64,000 bases of DNA from an uncultured delta proteobacterium (GTDB taxonomy: Bacteria > Desulfobacterota > Syntrophorhabdia > Syntrophorhabdales > WCHB1-27). Position 1 is the first letter of the stretch. The number at the start of each line of letters is the position of its first letter. The notes under the pieces were generated by a model. That model ran no database searches. It was not told the origin of the DNA and was given only the letters and a program-made list of their open reading frames with translations. Where the stretch lies: NCBI GenBank assembly GCA_963825005.1, contig CAWGRP010000009.1, positions 24,719-88,718 of the forward strand, in the 5' to 3' direction. Below, piece by piece: positions 1-9,556 of the stretch. The translations under genes and the position numbers were made by a program.

Positions 1-751
1 TGATAACGCCATTCTTATCGATCTGATCCACCGGCTTTCCTAATCGTACCTCGACGCGTAATTTCTCGAGCCGCCTTTTTGCCGCCTCGGAAAGGTTCTC
101 CGAAAAACTGCCTAGTACGCGACTCGCCATGTCTACCAGAACGATTCGCGCTGACATGGGATCGATTCTCCGAAACTGTCGTTTCAGGGTGGTCCGCACC
201 AGCACCGCCAGAGCGCCGGCCATCTCCACGCCTGTGGGACCCGCGCCAACCAATATAAACGTCAACAGGTCCCGACGACGGCTCGGGTCTTCCTCCATTT
301 CCGCCTGCTCGAATGCCAGCAGAATCTTGTTGCGGATCGCCACGGCATCCACCAGGCTTTTTAATCCCGGCGCAAATTCTGCAAATTCATCGTGCCCGAA
401 GTAGCTGTGGGTCACGCCGGTTGCAAGAATCAAATAATCGTAGGAAATCGGCACTCCCTCGCGGTCCAGGTTGTTGACGATGACGTACTTCCGATCTTTA
501 TCCACGCCTGTGACTTCACCCAGGATCACCGTCACATTTTTTTGATTCTGTAGAATCCCGCGAATCGGGGATGCAATCTGTCCGGGTGCGAGGGCCGCGA
601 TAGCCACCTGATAGAGCAACGCCTGAAATAAGTGGTGATTGGTACGGTCGATCAGGATTATCTGCGCGGGCGTATTCTTGAGAGCCTTGGCAGCGGAAAG
701 CCCACCAAACCCCCCGCCTACGATTAAGACACGTGATCTTCCATCATTCAT
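1..751 (-). CDS. ndh: Type II NADH dehydrogenase / FAD-dependent pyridine nucleotide-disulfide oxidoreductase (5' part; gene runs off the left edge)
   Basis: Absent from the ORF track because it is open to the window edge. My translation from ATG 749-751 gives MNDGRSRVLIVGGGFGGLSAAKAL...DYLILATGV...FILVGAGPTGVEMAGAL, i.e. two GxGxxG dinucleotide-binding folds typical of NDH-2. Confidence 0.8.
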   Translation of the reverse strand, partial: MNDGRSRVLIVGGGFGGLSAAKALKNTPAQIILIDRTNHHLFQALLYQVAIAALAPGQIASPIRGILQNQKNVTVILGEVTGVDKDRKYVIVNNLDREGVPISYDYLILATGVTHSYFGHDEFAEFAPGLKSLVDAVAIRNKILLAFEQAEMEEDPSRRRDLLTFILVGAGPTGVEMAGALAVLVRTTLKRQFRRIDPMSARIVLVDMASRVLGSFSENLSEAAKRRLEKLRVEVRLGKPVDQIDKNGVI

Positions 752-829
752 ACCGTTCCTCGACCGGCTATCTTCTTGTTTGAAGATGGTCATCATCATG
801 CCTCTCCTTTCAACCGTCTTCTTTGCCGC

Positions 830-1642
830 CTACGCCGGTCGGGTAGACATATAGACATGTTGCTGCGGTGCGGGAAAGCCGGCTTCGTCGAAAGTTTCCT
901 TGATGACGCGATTCGTATCAAAGTAGACCTGCCAGTAATCCGCGTTGTTGCAGTAAGGCCGCACGGCCAGCACCGGGCCATCCAGCGTGAAATTGAGAAT
1001 CTCCACGTCTGAGGCGGGATTTGCGACCACGTTGGGTATCCTGGCGAGACGTTCCTTAAGAAGCTGAACGGCGATCTTGGGATCCACGCTGTTGTCCAGC
1101 TGCGCAACCAGGTCTACACGCCGGTAAGGATTGACAGAGAAATTCTGAATATTGTCAGAAAAGACCTTGCCGTTCCCGATAAAAGTCCTGATGTTGTCCA
1201 TCGTGTTGAGCGTGGTCACAATGAGTCCTATCTCCTCCACGGTTCCCATGACGCCACCCGCCTGAATGAAATCTCCTATTTTGAATGGTTTGAGGACCAC
1301 CAGAAATGCCCCTGCTGCGAAATTCGCGAGGAGACCGCTCCAGGCTGCTCCGATCGCCAGACCCGCGGCTGCGAGCAATGCTGCGAAGGTAGTGGTCTGA
1401 ATCCCGAAGTAGCCGAGGATAGCCACAACCAGCGTGATCTTAAGCAGTATGGAGACGGCATTCGAAGCAAAGGAGACGATGGTCTGATCAATGCCCTTCA
1501 GCCGCATGGCCCTCATTATGAGTTTCACAGCGAAGCCGATCAGCCAGCTGCCAACGAACCAGAGGACTATTGCACCTAAGACCTTAAGACCTACCTGGGT
1601 ACCTGTGGCGAGAATGTCCTGTCCAAGCCTGTTATAGTCCAT
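830..1642 (-). CDS. Small-conductance mechanosensitive channel (MscS family)
   Basis: ORF 830..1663, with the start moved to MDYNRLGQ. TM helices are followed by the MscS beta-domain signature FKIGDFIQAGGVMGTVEEIGLIVTTLNTMDN. Confidence 0.85.
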   Translation of the reverse strand: MDYNRLGQDILATGTQVGLKVLGAIVLWFVGSWLIGFAVKLIMRAMRLKGIDQTIVSFASNAVSILLKITLVVAILGYFGIQTTTFAALLAAAGLAIGAAWSGLLANFAAGAFLVVLKPFKIGDFIQAGGVMGTVEEIGLIVTTLNTMDNIRTFIGNGKVFSDNIQNFSVNPYRRVDLVAQLDNSVDPKIAVQLLKERLARIPNVVANPASDVEILNFTLDGPVLAVRPYCNNADYWQVYFDTNRVIKETFDEAGFPAPQQHVYMSTRPA

Positions 1643-2048
1643 CCAGCCCTCCTTTTGGCACAAAAAACCTTTTCACTTGCTCTGTCCATAAACCTCGTTC
1701 GGCTTAAGGACTTACTAAGCACGCGAATTTTGTCTTGCGTCTCCGACGGGATCTACCCTTGTTGATAACAATAGCAGCGATTTCGGGAGGTCGTCTATGG
1801 GACTTTAACACGCCCTTGTCCTCACGCGGCAAACAGGGGCGGCGCTCCGGCATGGCACGTGAGCGTCCGCCCCTGAGAACCTTCGGGTGCCTGGCACTAC
1901 TAATTATCTCGTGTGTGACTGCTCAAAGGTCATTACCTCTGCCGCTGCACCACTCATAATCCTTTTCTGCTATACGCTCTTGTCGGTCACAATAGCAGAA
2001 TCCACTGTATAACTGCCTCTCAATCCCCACCGGGTTAGGGGTAGGGAC

Positions 2049-2594
2049 TTAGCGTTTTTCTAAACCGATGATTTCAACCTCGACGCGGCGGTTCTTCGCC
2101 CGGCCTTCCCTGGTGCTGTTATCAGCGACCGGGTTAGCCTCGCCCGCCCCGGTGACCTGCATTTTGCTGGGGTCGGCTCCAAGGCTGACCAGGTAATCGC
2201 GCACTGCTTCTGCACGTCGCTGCGACAGCTTCATGTTGTAGTCCGCAGCACCGGTACTGTCAGTATAGCCGGTGATTGTTATCTTATCGGCACGGCTCAT
2301 CTCGGCCTGCACCTCGTCGCGATATTTTTTAATCTGCTCCTTTCCTCCAGGCTTCAGGTCTGCCTTGTCGAAATCGAACAGGGTTACTTCATCAAACACC
2401 ATGGTTTTAGGTTTAGGAGCGGGAGGTGGAGGTGGAGGCGGCGGAGGTGGAGGCGGCGGAGGTGGAGGCTCTGATTTCGCTACTGGAGGCGGAGGCGTTT
2501 CTCCCTTCGTCGCCTGCTGAAAACAGCTGCAACCCGACAAGAACATTCCAACGAGTGCCACGACAAGCAGACAAACCAACGATTTCCCTTTCAT
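2049..2594 (-). CDS. OmpA-family lipoprotein with long poly-proline linker
   Basis: Signal peptide plus lipobox LSGC, a 17-residue Pro run, and a C-terminal OmpA-like domain (ITGYTDSTG...KLSQRRAEAVRDYL...NRRVEVEI). Confidence 0.9.
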   Translation of the reverse strand: MKGKSLVCLLVVALVGMFLSGCSCFQQATKGETPPPPVAKSEPPPPPPPPPPPPPPPPAPKPKTMVFDEVTLFDFDKADLKPGGKEQIKKYRDEVQAEMSRADKITITGYTDSTGAADYNMKLSQRRAEAVRDYLVSLGADPSKMQVTGAGEANPVADNSTREGRAKNRRVEVEIIGLEKR

Positions 2595-2679
2595 CTTAAC
2601 AGTCCTCCTTCTAGAATTTAGTATTGTTACTAATGTGACACCAAGAAAACTGGACCCCGAACCCGCTTGTATATTATAG

Positions 2680-2726
2680 ATGTTAGACCGGAGGCCATAG
2701 TACGTCTATAGGACCTAGGTCGTATA
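2680..2726 (-). promoter_or_regulatory. Palindrome-fused sigma-70-type promoter of the OmpA paralog 1 gene
   Basis: Palindrome TATAGGACCTAGGTCGTATA (2707-2726). On the minus strand its end overlaps the -35-like TAGACG (2703-2708), followed by a 17-nt spacer and the -10-like TAACAT (2680-2685). Confidence 0.5.
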
Positions 2727-2787
2727 CGGGTTTCGCGGTATAGCGGTGAGAAAACCTCATCATGTGCTTCCTGACAGAGGAGGGCCT

Positions 2788-3092
2788 ATGATCTGTCAGA
2801 AGTGTGGTTTCGGGGAGATTCGGCGCACGAGTCTGTTCTCGCTGTGGTGAGGAGATGGACGAAAAGAATGCATCGAGGTTATGTAAGAACTGCTTGAGGT
2901 ATTGCGATATGCATGCCGCCCGGCTGAAGGGGCGCAACTACGGCGAAACCGTTTGCGCCTGCGGCACGATATTCACGAGAAAAAGGTCCCACGCAGCTGT
3001 TTCACTCCAAGGAGTGCAAGAAACGGATAGTGACCGTAGTGCAAGAACAGCGACCTTTAAGACTTGAGAGATTTGCCAGTTTTGCGAAGTGA
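2788..3092 (+). pseudogene. Small Cys-rich zinc-ribbon protein, frame broken twice
   Basis: RBS GGAGG sits before ATG 2788. MICQKCGFGE continues in frame +1 as FGARVCSRCGEEMDEKNASRLCKNC...CACG, then in frame +2 as QLFHSKECKKRIV... Extra nucleotides lie near 2818 and 2993. Confidence 0.35.
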
Positions 3093-3511
3093 ATCAGCTG
3101 ACATTTGAGATTAGATGTCTTACAGTTATTTAAGAGGAAGAACGTGATGAGACGGTTACTGCTATTCGGCAGGAGACTGTGGCGGGGTACACGGACCCAG
3201 AAAGAGAAAGCTCAATGGCTCTCTGTGCCGTTATCGGCAAAGCCCGATATGTTGTCCGACGAACTCGTGCTCATCCTTAAACGCTCCCGAGGGCTTCCAC
3301 AGATTCGCGGGTTGATCTGGCCCGAACCTGCCATTCACATTCAGGCACCGTAGACTATCATTACCGCTCTCTTCAACCTTCTGAGGATTGTTGGAGAGCA
3401 CCCCGGGGCTTGAAGTAGTCCCATCCTCAAGACTGCGCATAGCATTCCGACGCTACGGCTCCCGAACCTTCCTTCCCTTACGGGTAGGTTCTATCAGGCA
3501 AAGTGGCACGG

Positions 3512-3559
3512 TATGCGACTAAAGTCCTATTGACTGATGTCATGCCTTCTTGTTATCCT
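3512..3559 (+). promoter_or_regulatory. Palindrome-fused promoter of the membrane-protein gene
   Basis: Degenerate palindrome TATGCGACTAAAGTCCTATT (3512-3531), -35 TTGACT (3530-3535), 18-nt spacer, extended -10 TGT-TATCCT (3551-3559). The implied start codon is 3585, not 3537. Confidence 0.45.
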
Positions 3560-3584
3560 CGGCACAAAGATTATCGGGGCGGAG

Positions 3585-4163
3585 ATGACCGAAAACAAAG
3601 GAAAGAAAACCGACTGGAAACGCAAACTCTTCCTCGAAATGACTGCGTATTGGATCAATGTTGCATACCTCACTATTTTGTTCGCGGTGTTTACCTCATA
3701 TCGGAGACTCATACTGGCGCATTACGACGTCACCTACTCGAATTGGGGTATTAGTTTCATTAAAGCCATGGTCCTGGCCAAAGTTGTTATGATAGGAGGA
3801 TTGTTTCACTTCGATCGTACGCTTGAGAAGAAGCCTCTGATTCTTCCAACCATCTTTAAGAGTTTTCTGTTCACCCTTTGGGTGGCGCTCTTTGCTGTTG
3901 TCGAATCTGCCCTGCGCGGACTGCTCCACGGCAAGGCTTTGACTGGAGTGCTGGATCACCTTTTAAGCGAAGGTACGCATGAATTTTATGCCAAGTGTTT
4001 GGTTGTATTTGTGGCGTTTATACCTTTCTTCGCCTTCAAGGAATTAGGACGGGTACTCGGCAAAGGCAAAATATGGGAACTGTTTTTCCGGAAAGGTCCA
4101 GTGTCGGAGGGAATCTTGGTGGATCAAGGTAAGAGCACTGCCAAGAGCGACAACACCTTTTGA
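3585..4163 (+). CDS. Hypothetical integral membrane protein
   Basis: ORF 3537..4163 with the start moved to MTENKGKK, downstream of the predicted promoter. It has 4-5 hydrophobic helices and no family I recognise. Confidence 0.55.
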   Translation: MTENKGKKTDWKRKLFLEMTAYWINVAYLTILFAVFTSYRRLILAHYDVTYSNWGISFIKAMVLAKVVMIGGLFHFDRTLEKKPLILPTIFKSFLFTLWVALFAVVESALRGLLHGKALTGVLDHLLSEGTHEFYAKCLVVFVAFIPFFAFKELGRVLGKGKIWELFFRKGPVSEGILVDQGKSTAKSDNTF

Positions 4164-4296
4164 CAATGCAGCTACATGCTGACGACTGCGATGCGAAAAG
4201 TGTAACTTTTGTTTAAAGGCTGTGAAGGTTCGGGTCGGGCCGGGACTTACTGTCCAACCACGAACCTTCACGCAAACAGCTTCTCCGATCTGCTGG

Positions 4297-4677
4297 CTAA
4301 TCCTTCTTCGGTCCTGCGCTGGGCGGCATGTACGGTGCGGCCGGCCTCACTTTTGAAATCCAGTTCGTCCCATCGACTATTGCGCCCTCACCACTGATCT
4401 TATCGCCAGGTTTCAGGTCGGCTACGCCCTTGTACTCGCCTTCATACTTGGCGTAACCCATCCTTGCGACGGTCATCTTACCGGTGTTAGGATTCTTAAC
4501 GGAAATAGTCTGGGCCTTCGGGTCGACGCTCAGAATCTCAAGCCCTGCAAACTTGAAGTGTTTAGCTTTTGCAATCGCCTTGGCCTCGTCCGCGCTGTCC
4601 CATTTCTGCGCATAACCCGAGGTAAAAACCAAAGCCAGACTGATCACCACTGCCAAAACTGCTAACGCCTTTTTCAT
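4297..4677 (-). CDS. Hypothetical exported protein
   Basis: ORF 4297..4716; the likely start MKKALAVLAVVISLALVFTSGYA is a signal peptide. No family recognised. Confidence 0.5.
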   Translation of the reverse strand: MKKALAVLAVVISLALVFTSGYAQKWDSADEAKAIAKAKHFKFAGLEILSVDPKAQTISVKNPNTGKMTVARMGYAKYEGEYKGVADLKPGDKISGEGAIVDGTNWISKVRPAAPYMPPSAGPKKD

Positions 4678-4756
4678 TACGCCTACCTCCTCTGTGCGTT
4701 GGGGGACAGCTTGCACTGTCCCCTTTATCCACGCCCCTTATCGGCAGCAGGAGAGT

Positions 4757-5182
4757 TTATTTCCTAATGCCGACGGTTTTCGCGTCTTTCAACGCCTGGT
4801 CGCAGCGTTTAGTGAGTTTGGCTTGCTGCCTGTCAAGACAGGTGAGCAATCTGCCTTGTCCCGCCGGGACGGCCGAACAGTATGCTTTCAAATCGTCCCT
4901 GCATTCGTTCGCTACATAGGTCAGGACGGTAAGTGCGTGTTCGAGCTGCGCGGCTGCGTCATACAGTGAATACTCGCACCCTGGTGACAGTTTGTCCTGA
5001 TAGGCGTACAGACAGGCAAGAAGACGCGATTCGCCGGGTGTTACATCCTTGCAGTAGGTATCAAATTCCTTCGCGCAGCCCTCCAGAACCGTTTCTACAG
5101 GTCCTTTGTCTGCCGCAAATGTATCACCGACAAAGAGTACCGCAAGAAAAAAGCTCAAGCCCAGAACCAGTACACGACCCAT
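4757..5182 (-). CDS. Exported cysteine-rich repeat protein
   Basis: Signal peptide MGRVLVLGLSFFLAVLFVGDTFA. Two copies of a C-x6-C...G(E/Q)(S/G)RLLxCL...C repeat, as in bacterial cysteine-rich-repeat proteins. Confidence 0.6.
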   Translation of the reverse strand: MGRVLVLGLSFFLAVLFVGDTFAADKGPVETVLEGCAKEFDTYCKDVTPGESRLLACLYAYQDKLSPGCEYSLYDAAAQLEHALTVLTYVANECRDDLKAYCSAVPAGQGRLLTCLDRQQAKLTKRCDQALKDAKTVGIRK

Positions 5183-5547
5183 GTTTCCCTCCTTTTCGTT
5201 TTGTTTTCGTGACATCTTCCCACGATGCTGCGCTTGCTTTGTGCTCTATTCACGCCGTTTCATGTTTCATGGTACGCCTCCGTTCCTAGCCTCACTGGGA
5301 GTTCTCCCAAAGAACCAGTCACTGTTGCTAACCTGTATCCTCACAGTACAGTTGTCAAGGGGAAGAGCATAATTGCCCATGAAACAGGGTGACAGACTAA
5401 TCTCACGGGGTACTGAGAGAGCCTATTGAAGGTTAAGAGTCTTGGGGTACGAGTTGTCGGTTCCCGCATGTACCATGGCATGGCAGTAAGAGTTCTTCCG
5501 TTTATAATTTTGGGATACCGACCCAATGCCCGAAATAGGGTTTTCTG

Positions 5548-6597
5548 TCAGTTCTGCCCTTCGCCGATCCAGTGCACCATCAGATTGTAACCTACTGAAA
5601 GAACGATAGCCCCGGTGAACAGCCCGATCAAGCCGGAGAAGATAAATCCGCCGATGGCGCCGAGGAAGATGACGAGCATTGGCACGGTGGATCCTTTTCC
5701 CATCAGCAGCGGTTTCAACACATTGTCGGAGAGGCCGATGAGCAGCAGCGGGATCGTCCACAGGATAGCCATCAGCAGTGCTTTCACCGAGAAAAGGTAA
5801 ATGATGACGGGTATGATGACAATGGCCGAAGGCAATTGGAGAATGGCAATAACCATGACCGCAAAGGCACAAAGTCCTGGAAGAGGTACGCCAGCCAACA
5901 TGAACACCGCACCGGCTGTAACAAACTGAAAGAATGCAACTCCGAGGATGCCTTTGGCGACATTCTTGATAGTTACCCCTGTGATAGACATCATCTCATC
6001 GCTGCCTTCACCGACCAGGCGACGGATTAGTTTCCGGACAAAACCGGCCGAAGCATCGGCTTTGACAAGGAATACGCCGGCGATGATCACCGAGATGAAA
6101 AACATGATGAGGCTCTTCCCGAAACCGCCCAGCGGCCCGATAATTGATATGCCCAATCTCGACAGGGGTCCCCTGTATGTCGTGATAGCCGATTCCAGGC
6201 TCTGGGAGGCCAGCAACCATATTTCCGAAATAGGTTTCCCGATCAGGGGCCATCCTGCAACAGACGGGTCGGGGGGAGGGATCACAAGGGTTTGGTCCCT
6301 GAGCTGGCTGGTCAGGCTTTGTATCCCTCCAATCAGCAATTTGAGAAGCCAAGCGGTTGGCAGCAGGAAAATGACAAGGATTAGTAGGGTCAATAGGACC
6401 CCTGCCAGTATATTCCTGTTCCCCACCCAGCGTTTTACCATCAAAAAGAAGGGGTGAAGGGCGACGGCAATGATGGCGCCCCAGATCACGGGTTCGATGA
6501 AGGGGAGGATGATCCCGATGCACCAGGCGATGAGCAGGAAAAGGAGGACGATCCTGAGGATGGTGTCGGTTAAAGGAGATTTAACGGTTTGGTTCAT
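5548..6597 (-). CDS. AI-2E family transporter (PerM/UPF0118)
   Basis: 349 aa with about 8 TM segments. The length and helix pattern are typical of the AI-2E/UPF0118 family. Confidence 0.8.
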   Translation of the reverse strand: MNQTVKSPLTDTILRIVLLFLLIAWCIGIILPFIEPVIWGAIIAVALHPFFLMVKRWVGNRNILAGVLLTLLILVIFLLPTAWLLKLLIGGIQSLTSQLRDQTLVIPPPDPSVAGWPLIGKPISEIWLLASQSLESAITTYRGPLSRLGISIIGPLGGFGKSLIMFFISVIIAGVFLVKADASAGFVRKLIRRLVGEGSDEMMSITGVTIKNVAKGILGVAFFQFVTAGAVFMLAGVPLPGLCAFAVMVIAILQLPSAIVIIPVIIYLFSVKALLMAILWTIPLLLIGLSDNVLKPLLMGKGSTVPMLVIFLGAIGGFIFSGLIGLFTGAIVLSVGYNLMVHWIGEGQN

Positions 6598-6789
6598 ACG
6601 CTTACCTCTCTCACTCCGCTTAAGGTTTCCGTCGTGGCTTGCTCCGTCTCTCGCCGAAGCACCGCGATCACATGACGGCTGGTCGGGTACAGCCGTTCTT
6701 CCCCGATCAATTCAAGCAAATGACGACGCGCAACCAAAACAGAGGGCCGTCTGATAGGCATTGCGTCGCCTTCTCGAGGGGTTGTACCA

Positions 6790-6836
6790 ACGATAGTCGC
6801 CAACGCGCATGGTGTCTATAAGACTTTGGTCCCATA
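6790..6836 (-). promoter_or_regulatory. Palindrome-fused promoter upstream of the AI-2E transporter
   Basis: Palindrome TATAAGACTTTGGTCCCATA (6817-6836). On the minus strand: -35 TAGACA (6813-6818), 17-nt spacer, -10 TATCGT (6790-6795). Confidence 0.4.
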
Positions 6837-7006
6837 CGGCAGGGTCGGCACCCTAACCCTTCATTTCTGGGGCCGGGTCATGACGTTTGAAAGGTGCAAT
6901 CACAATTAGAATCTAAACTCACGCTTCCGGGAAGAACGAAAGCGGGCAAGGGTTGTCGAGAGTGATCACTGTTTTTCATCTCTCCACAGTCTTCCCTCGA
7001 AACTCG

Positions 7007-7053
7007 TATGGGACCTAAGTCCTATTGCTCTCCTATAACCTGGGCCGTAACAT
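7007..7053 (+). promoter_or_regulatory. Palindrome-fused promoter of the OmpA paralog 2 gene
   Basis: Palindrome TATGGGACCTAAGTCCTATT (7007-7026), -35-like TTGCTC (7025-7030), 17-nt spacer, -10 TAACAT (7048-7053). This is the same -10 and the same spacing as paralog 1. Confidence 0.5.
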
Positions 7054-7136
7054 CTGTATATGGACCGGTTCGCGTTGCGGTTTTTAAAAACGTGGTTGGG
7101 TACTAACAATACTAAATTTTAGGGGAGGAACTGAAA

Positions 7137-7592
7137 ATGAAACTGAAGTTAGTAGCTCTTTTGTTTGTCATGACATTCCTTGGATTTTACTTGTCAGGCT
7201 GCGGCTCTCCGCCCCCTCCGCCCCCTCCGCAAGCTAAACTCATGGTGTTTGAGGAAGGAGCCCTGTTTGATTTCGACAAGGCAGACCTGAAGCCTGAAGG
7301 AAAGGAGCAGATTAAAAAATATCGCGAAGAGGCGCAGGCCGATATGAGCCATGCCATTAAGGTGAAAATTACCGGCTATACCGACAACACCGGTGATGCA
7401 GATCACAACAAGAAGCTGTCGCTGCAGCGCGCAGAAGCGGTGCGCGACTACCTGGTCAGCCTTGGAGGCGACGCCAGCAAAATGGAGGTCAGCGGAGCGG
7501 GCGACGCTAACCCGGTCGCCGATAACAGTACGAAGGAGGGTCAGGCGAAGAACCGCCGCGTCGAGGTTGCAGTGCTTGGTATGGCAAAATAA
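7137..7592 (+). CDS. OmpA-family lipoprotein (paralog of 2049..2594, short poly-Pro linker)
   Basis: Lipobox LSGC, a 7-residue Pro run, and an OmpA-like domain nearly colinear with paralog 1 (FDFDKADLKPEGKEQIKKYREE...NRRVEVAV). RBS GGGGAGGA. Confidence 0.9.
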   Translation: MKLKLVALLFVMTFLGFYLSGCGSPPPPPPPQAKLMVFEEGALFDFDKADLKPEGKEQIKKYREEAQADMSHAIKVKITGYTDNTGDADHNKKLSLQRAEAVRDYLVSLGGDASKMEVSGAGDANPVADNSTKEGQAKNRRVEVAVLGMAK

Positions 7593-7678
7593 GGCGGTTG
7601 CTCTATGGTACGGGCCGCGAACCGGCTGGCAATAGAGCGGCGGTTATGCAGTAAATGCTGCTTAGTTTCACGAGGCAA

Positions 7679-7717
7679 AAAAGGGGTCTAGCACAGTTAG
7701 CTATACCCCTTTTGTTT
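7679..7717 (+). terminator. Rho-independent terminator after OmpA paralog 2
   Basis: AAAAGGGGTCTAGC...GCTATACCCCTTTTGTTT, a GC-containing stem followed by a T-rich tract about 90 nt after the stop codon. Confidence 0.55.
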
Positions 7718-8032
7718 CAGTCAGCGTTTGATAGGCCTGGGCTTTCCAGTCTGGCAACAGATTATGTCCGCGTTGACTGACCCCACACAGTATCGGTATC
7801 ACCTCAAAGAGCGTTGTAAGAGGATCGGGAAGTGGAGAAGAGAGAGTTGACCACGCAGGAAGCCCTATAAGTTAAGGTAGCCGGTGTCGCAACCGATGTG
7901 GCAAGGCGACTGCAATTTTATGATAACAGTTCGAAGGTGCTGTGGAAAGAATATTTCTGAAAGTGAGGACTTCAGCTTAGTATGAAGGAATTTAGAGATG
8001 GCCCTAACTCTACTCTTTTGTCGGCGCCTCAG

Positions 8033-8245
8033 TTATTTTCGAATGGGCGAGAAGTGGCCCCTTCCATTCTCTGCCCACGCAGCGTGAACACCTTTCGGCG
8101 TGCCTTTCGAGGAAACCGTTTCAATATCAGCGGGTCCCGTCTTTCTCGCAACCATAGTGCCGGTGGGCGAGCCTAATGGCAGGACAATCTGTGCAAATAA
8201 GACAATCAAAGCCAGAACTATCAGTGCGGATATTGCTGTTTTCAT
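8033..8245 (-). CDS. Hypothetical small exported protein
   Basis: 70-aa ORF starting with the signal-like MKTAISALIVLALIVLFAQ. Support is weak. Confidence 0.3.
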   Translation of the reverse strand: MKTAISALIVLALIVLFAQIVLPLGSPTGTMVARKTGPADIETVSSKGTPKGVHAAWAENGRGHFSPIRK

Positions 8246-8488
8246 GCGGCACGTCCTATTTTGTAGGTATCGGCTAACCGGGACTGTCTGCCGGTAGTCG
8301 TCAACTGATGACGGATGATGCGCGGTCGGGGCCTACTACGCTGCCTCCACAGCCTCTCAATTCCGTAGAGCATCAGGACACTCAAACCACTGACCATCAG
8401 CACACTCACAACCATCGCTATCTCCATCATCGCCTCCCTTTTATCCACCATGAACAAGCACGCTACAAGCGAACCCGTTGGGAAATAT

Positions 8489-9031
8489 TCAGATCCCTTT
8501 GTCTCTATTTGCAAAGCTTCGCAGCCGCTCCAGCACAAGACTGCATGTGCCGCTATCCACGTATAAGCTGTCACCGTCCATGAGGAACGTTGCATTGATT
8601 GCCCAGCCATCCTGCTTGATAATAAGTGTCTGACCCACAACACGGTAACGCTCGCTGTTCGTGTCTGTTACCGTTCTTCCGTCCCAGTAGGTTGTGGTCG
8701 TTGTCAACGTGCCATCTGAATTAAATCTCTCCACCTTGGATTTCATGGGCTCCGCAGGCTTCGGGATAACGCTCACTATCTGCCATACTGTGTTGGCGAG
8801 GGGCCCGGTATCTTGCTCTGATGGGATACCAACGTCTCTCCTTGTGGGAATGCCCGTTGTACTTCCTCCGTCTGTCTGACCGAGAAGGGCACCCATGCCC
8901 GCTCCGGTGAGATATGGAGTTTCAGACGTATTCATGCCCGTAGCGGGGTTGATGCTCCCGCAGCCACTACTCAAGGCGAGTGTCAAACAGATTGCCGTGG
9001 CCACAAAAACTTTCTTGATCCGCTCTTCCAT
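8489..9031 (-). CDS. Hypothetical lipoprotein
   Basis: ORF 8489..9094. The likely start MEERIKKVFVATAICLTLALSSGC has a lipobox. No family recognised. Confidence 0.5.
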   Translation of the reverse strand: MEERIKKVFVATAICLTLALSSGCGSINPATGMNTSETPYLTGAGMGALLGQTDGGSTTGIPTRRDVGIPSEQDTGPLANTVWQIVSVIPKPAEPMKSKVERFNSDGTLTTTTTYWDGRTVTDTNSERYRVVGQTLIIKQDGWAINATFLMDGDSLYVDSGTCSLVLERLRSFANRDKGI

Positions 9032-9106
9032 GATCGCTCCTTTCTGGTTTAAGTACATTCGGTCTCGTTTGCGCTGAGGGCGTTCTGTTCTCATTCCGCT
9101 ATCCCT

Positions 9107-9505
9107 TCACTGCACTGTTCGCACGGCCCTGTTAGCGACATATCCCGGCCAGGCATGCGAGCTTCCGGCACCGCACAATACATCCCTGGAACGCGCTGCC
9201 ATTGCCCTCTCCAAGCCGGTCACACCGGTGACCGTGCTGAATTGAATCTCGGGCGGCTCAACAGCCATCTCCATAACCATCAGTACTTCGCGGAAGTCAT
9301 CCGAGCGAAGGTAACAGTCCAGCTCTTCTTCGCTGTTCCATACTTCCTCTATAAGGATCGCGTGCGTCTCCTGTGCGTCCTGATAAACACGATACCGGTC
9401 ACAGCCTATCTCCACCCTGGTTCGTTCAGCTGTTCTGAGAAGGATTCTCAGGACCTCCACAAAGTTCTCGGGAGACATCACCATCCTTAACGTTGCCAGA
9501 ATCAT
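9107..9505 (-). CDS. ABM-domain (antibiotic-biosynthesis-monooxygenase-like) protein
   Basis: 132 aa. The pattern ...GCDRYRVYQDAQETHAILIEEVWNSEEELDCYLRSDDFREV resembles a ferredoxin-like ABM fold. Confidence 0.55.
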   Translation of the reverse strand: MILATLRMVMSPENFVEVLRILLRTAERTRVEIGCDRYRVYQDAQETHAILIEEVWNSEEELDCYLRSDDFREVLMVMEMAVEPPEIQFSTVTGVTGLERAMAARSRDVLCGAGSSHAWPGYVANRAVRTVQ

Positions 9506-9556
9506 TTACACCGCCTTTTTCTTTGTGCGATTTTCATAGTGTCTGAATGTGTATTA

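Noticed and set aside
2272-2520. An 82-aa ORF with a poly-Gly run.
   Set aside because: It is the antisense reading of the poly-Pro linker of the OmpA paralog.
3504-3518. TGGCACGGTATGCG, which resembles a sigma-54 -24/-12 promoter upstream of the membrane-protein gene.
   Set aside because: The GG-to-GC spacing is 8 nt rather than the required 10. A sigma-70-type -35/-10 with correct spacing lies immediately downstream.
5404-5470. GGGGTACTGAGAGAGCC, which is reminiscent of the TPP riboswitch CUGAGA core.
   Set aside because: The remaining conserved TPP elements (ACCUGAUCUGGAUAAUGCCAGCG) are absent. The orientation does not precede any gene, and the neighbours are unrelated to thiamine.
6594-6803. 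A 69-aa ORF overlapping the AI-2E start codon, which could be a translationally coupled small protein.
   Set aside because: The predicted transcription start from the palindrome-fused promoter (about 6783) lies inside this ORF. It has no RBS, no recognisable family and an Arg-rich composition. Confidence is low either way.
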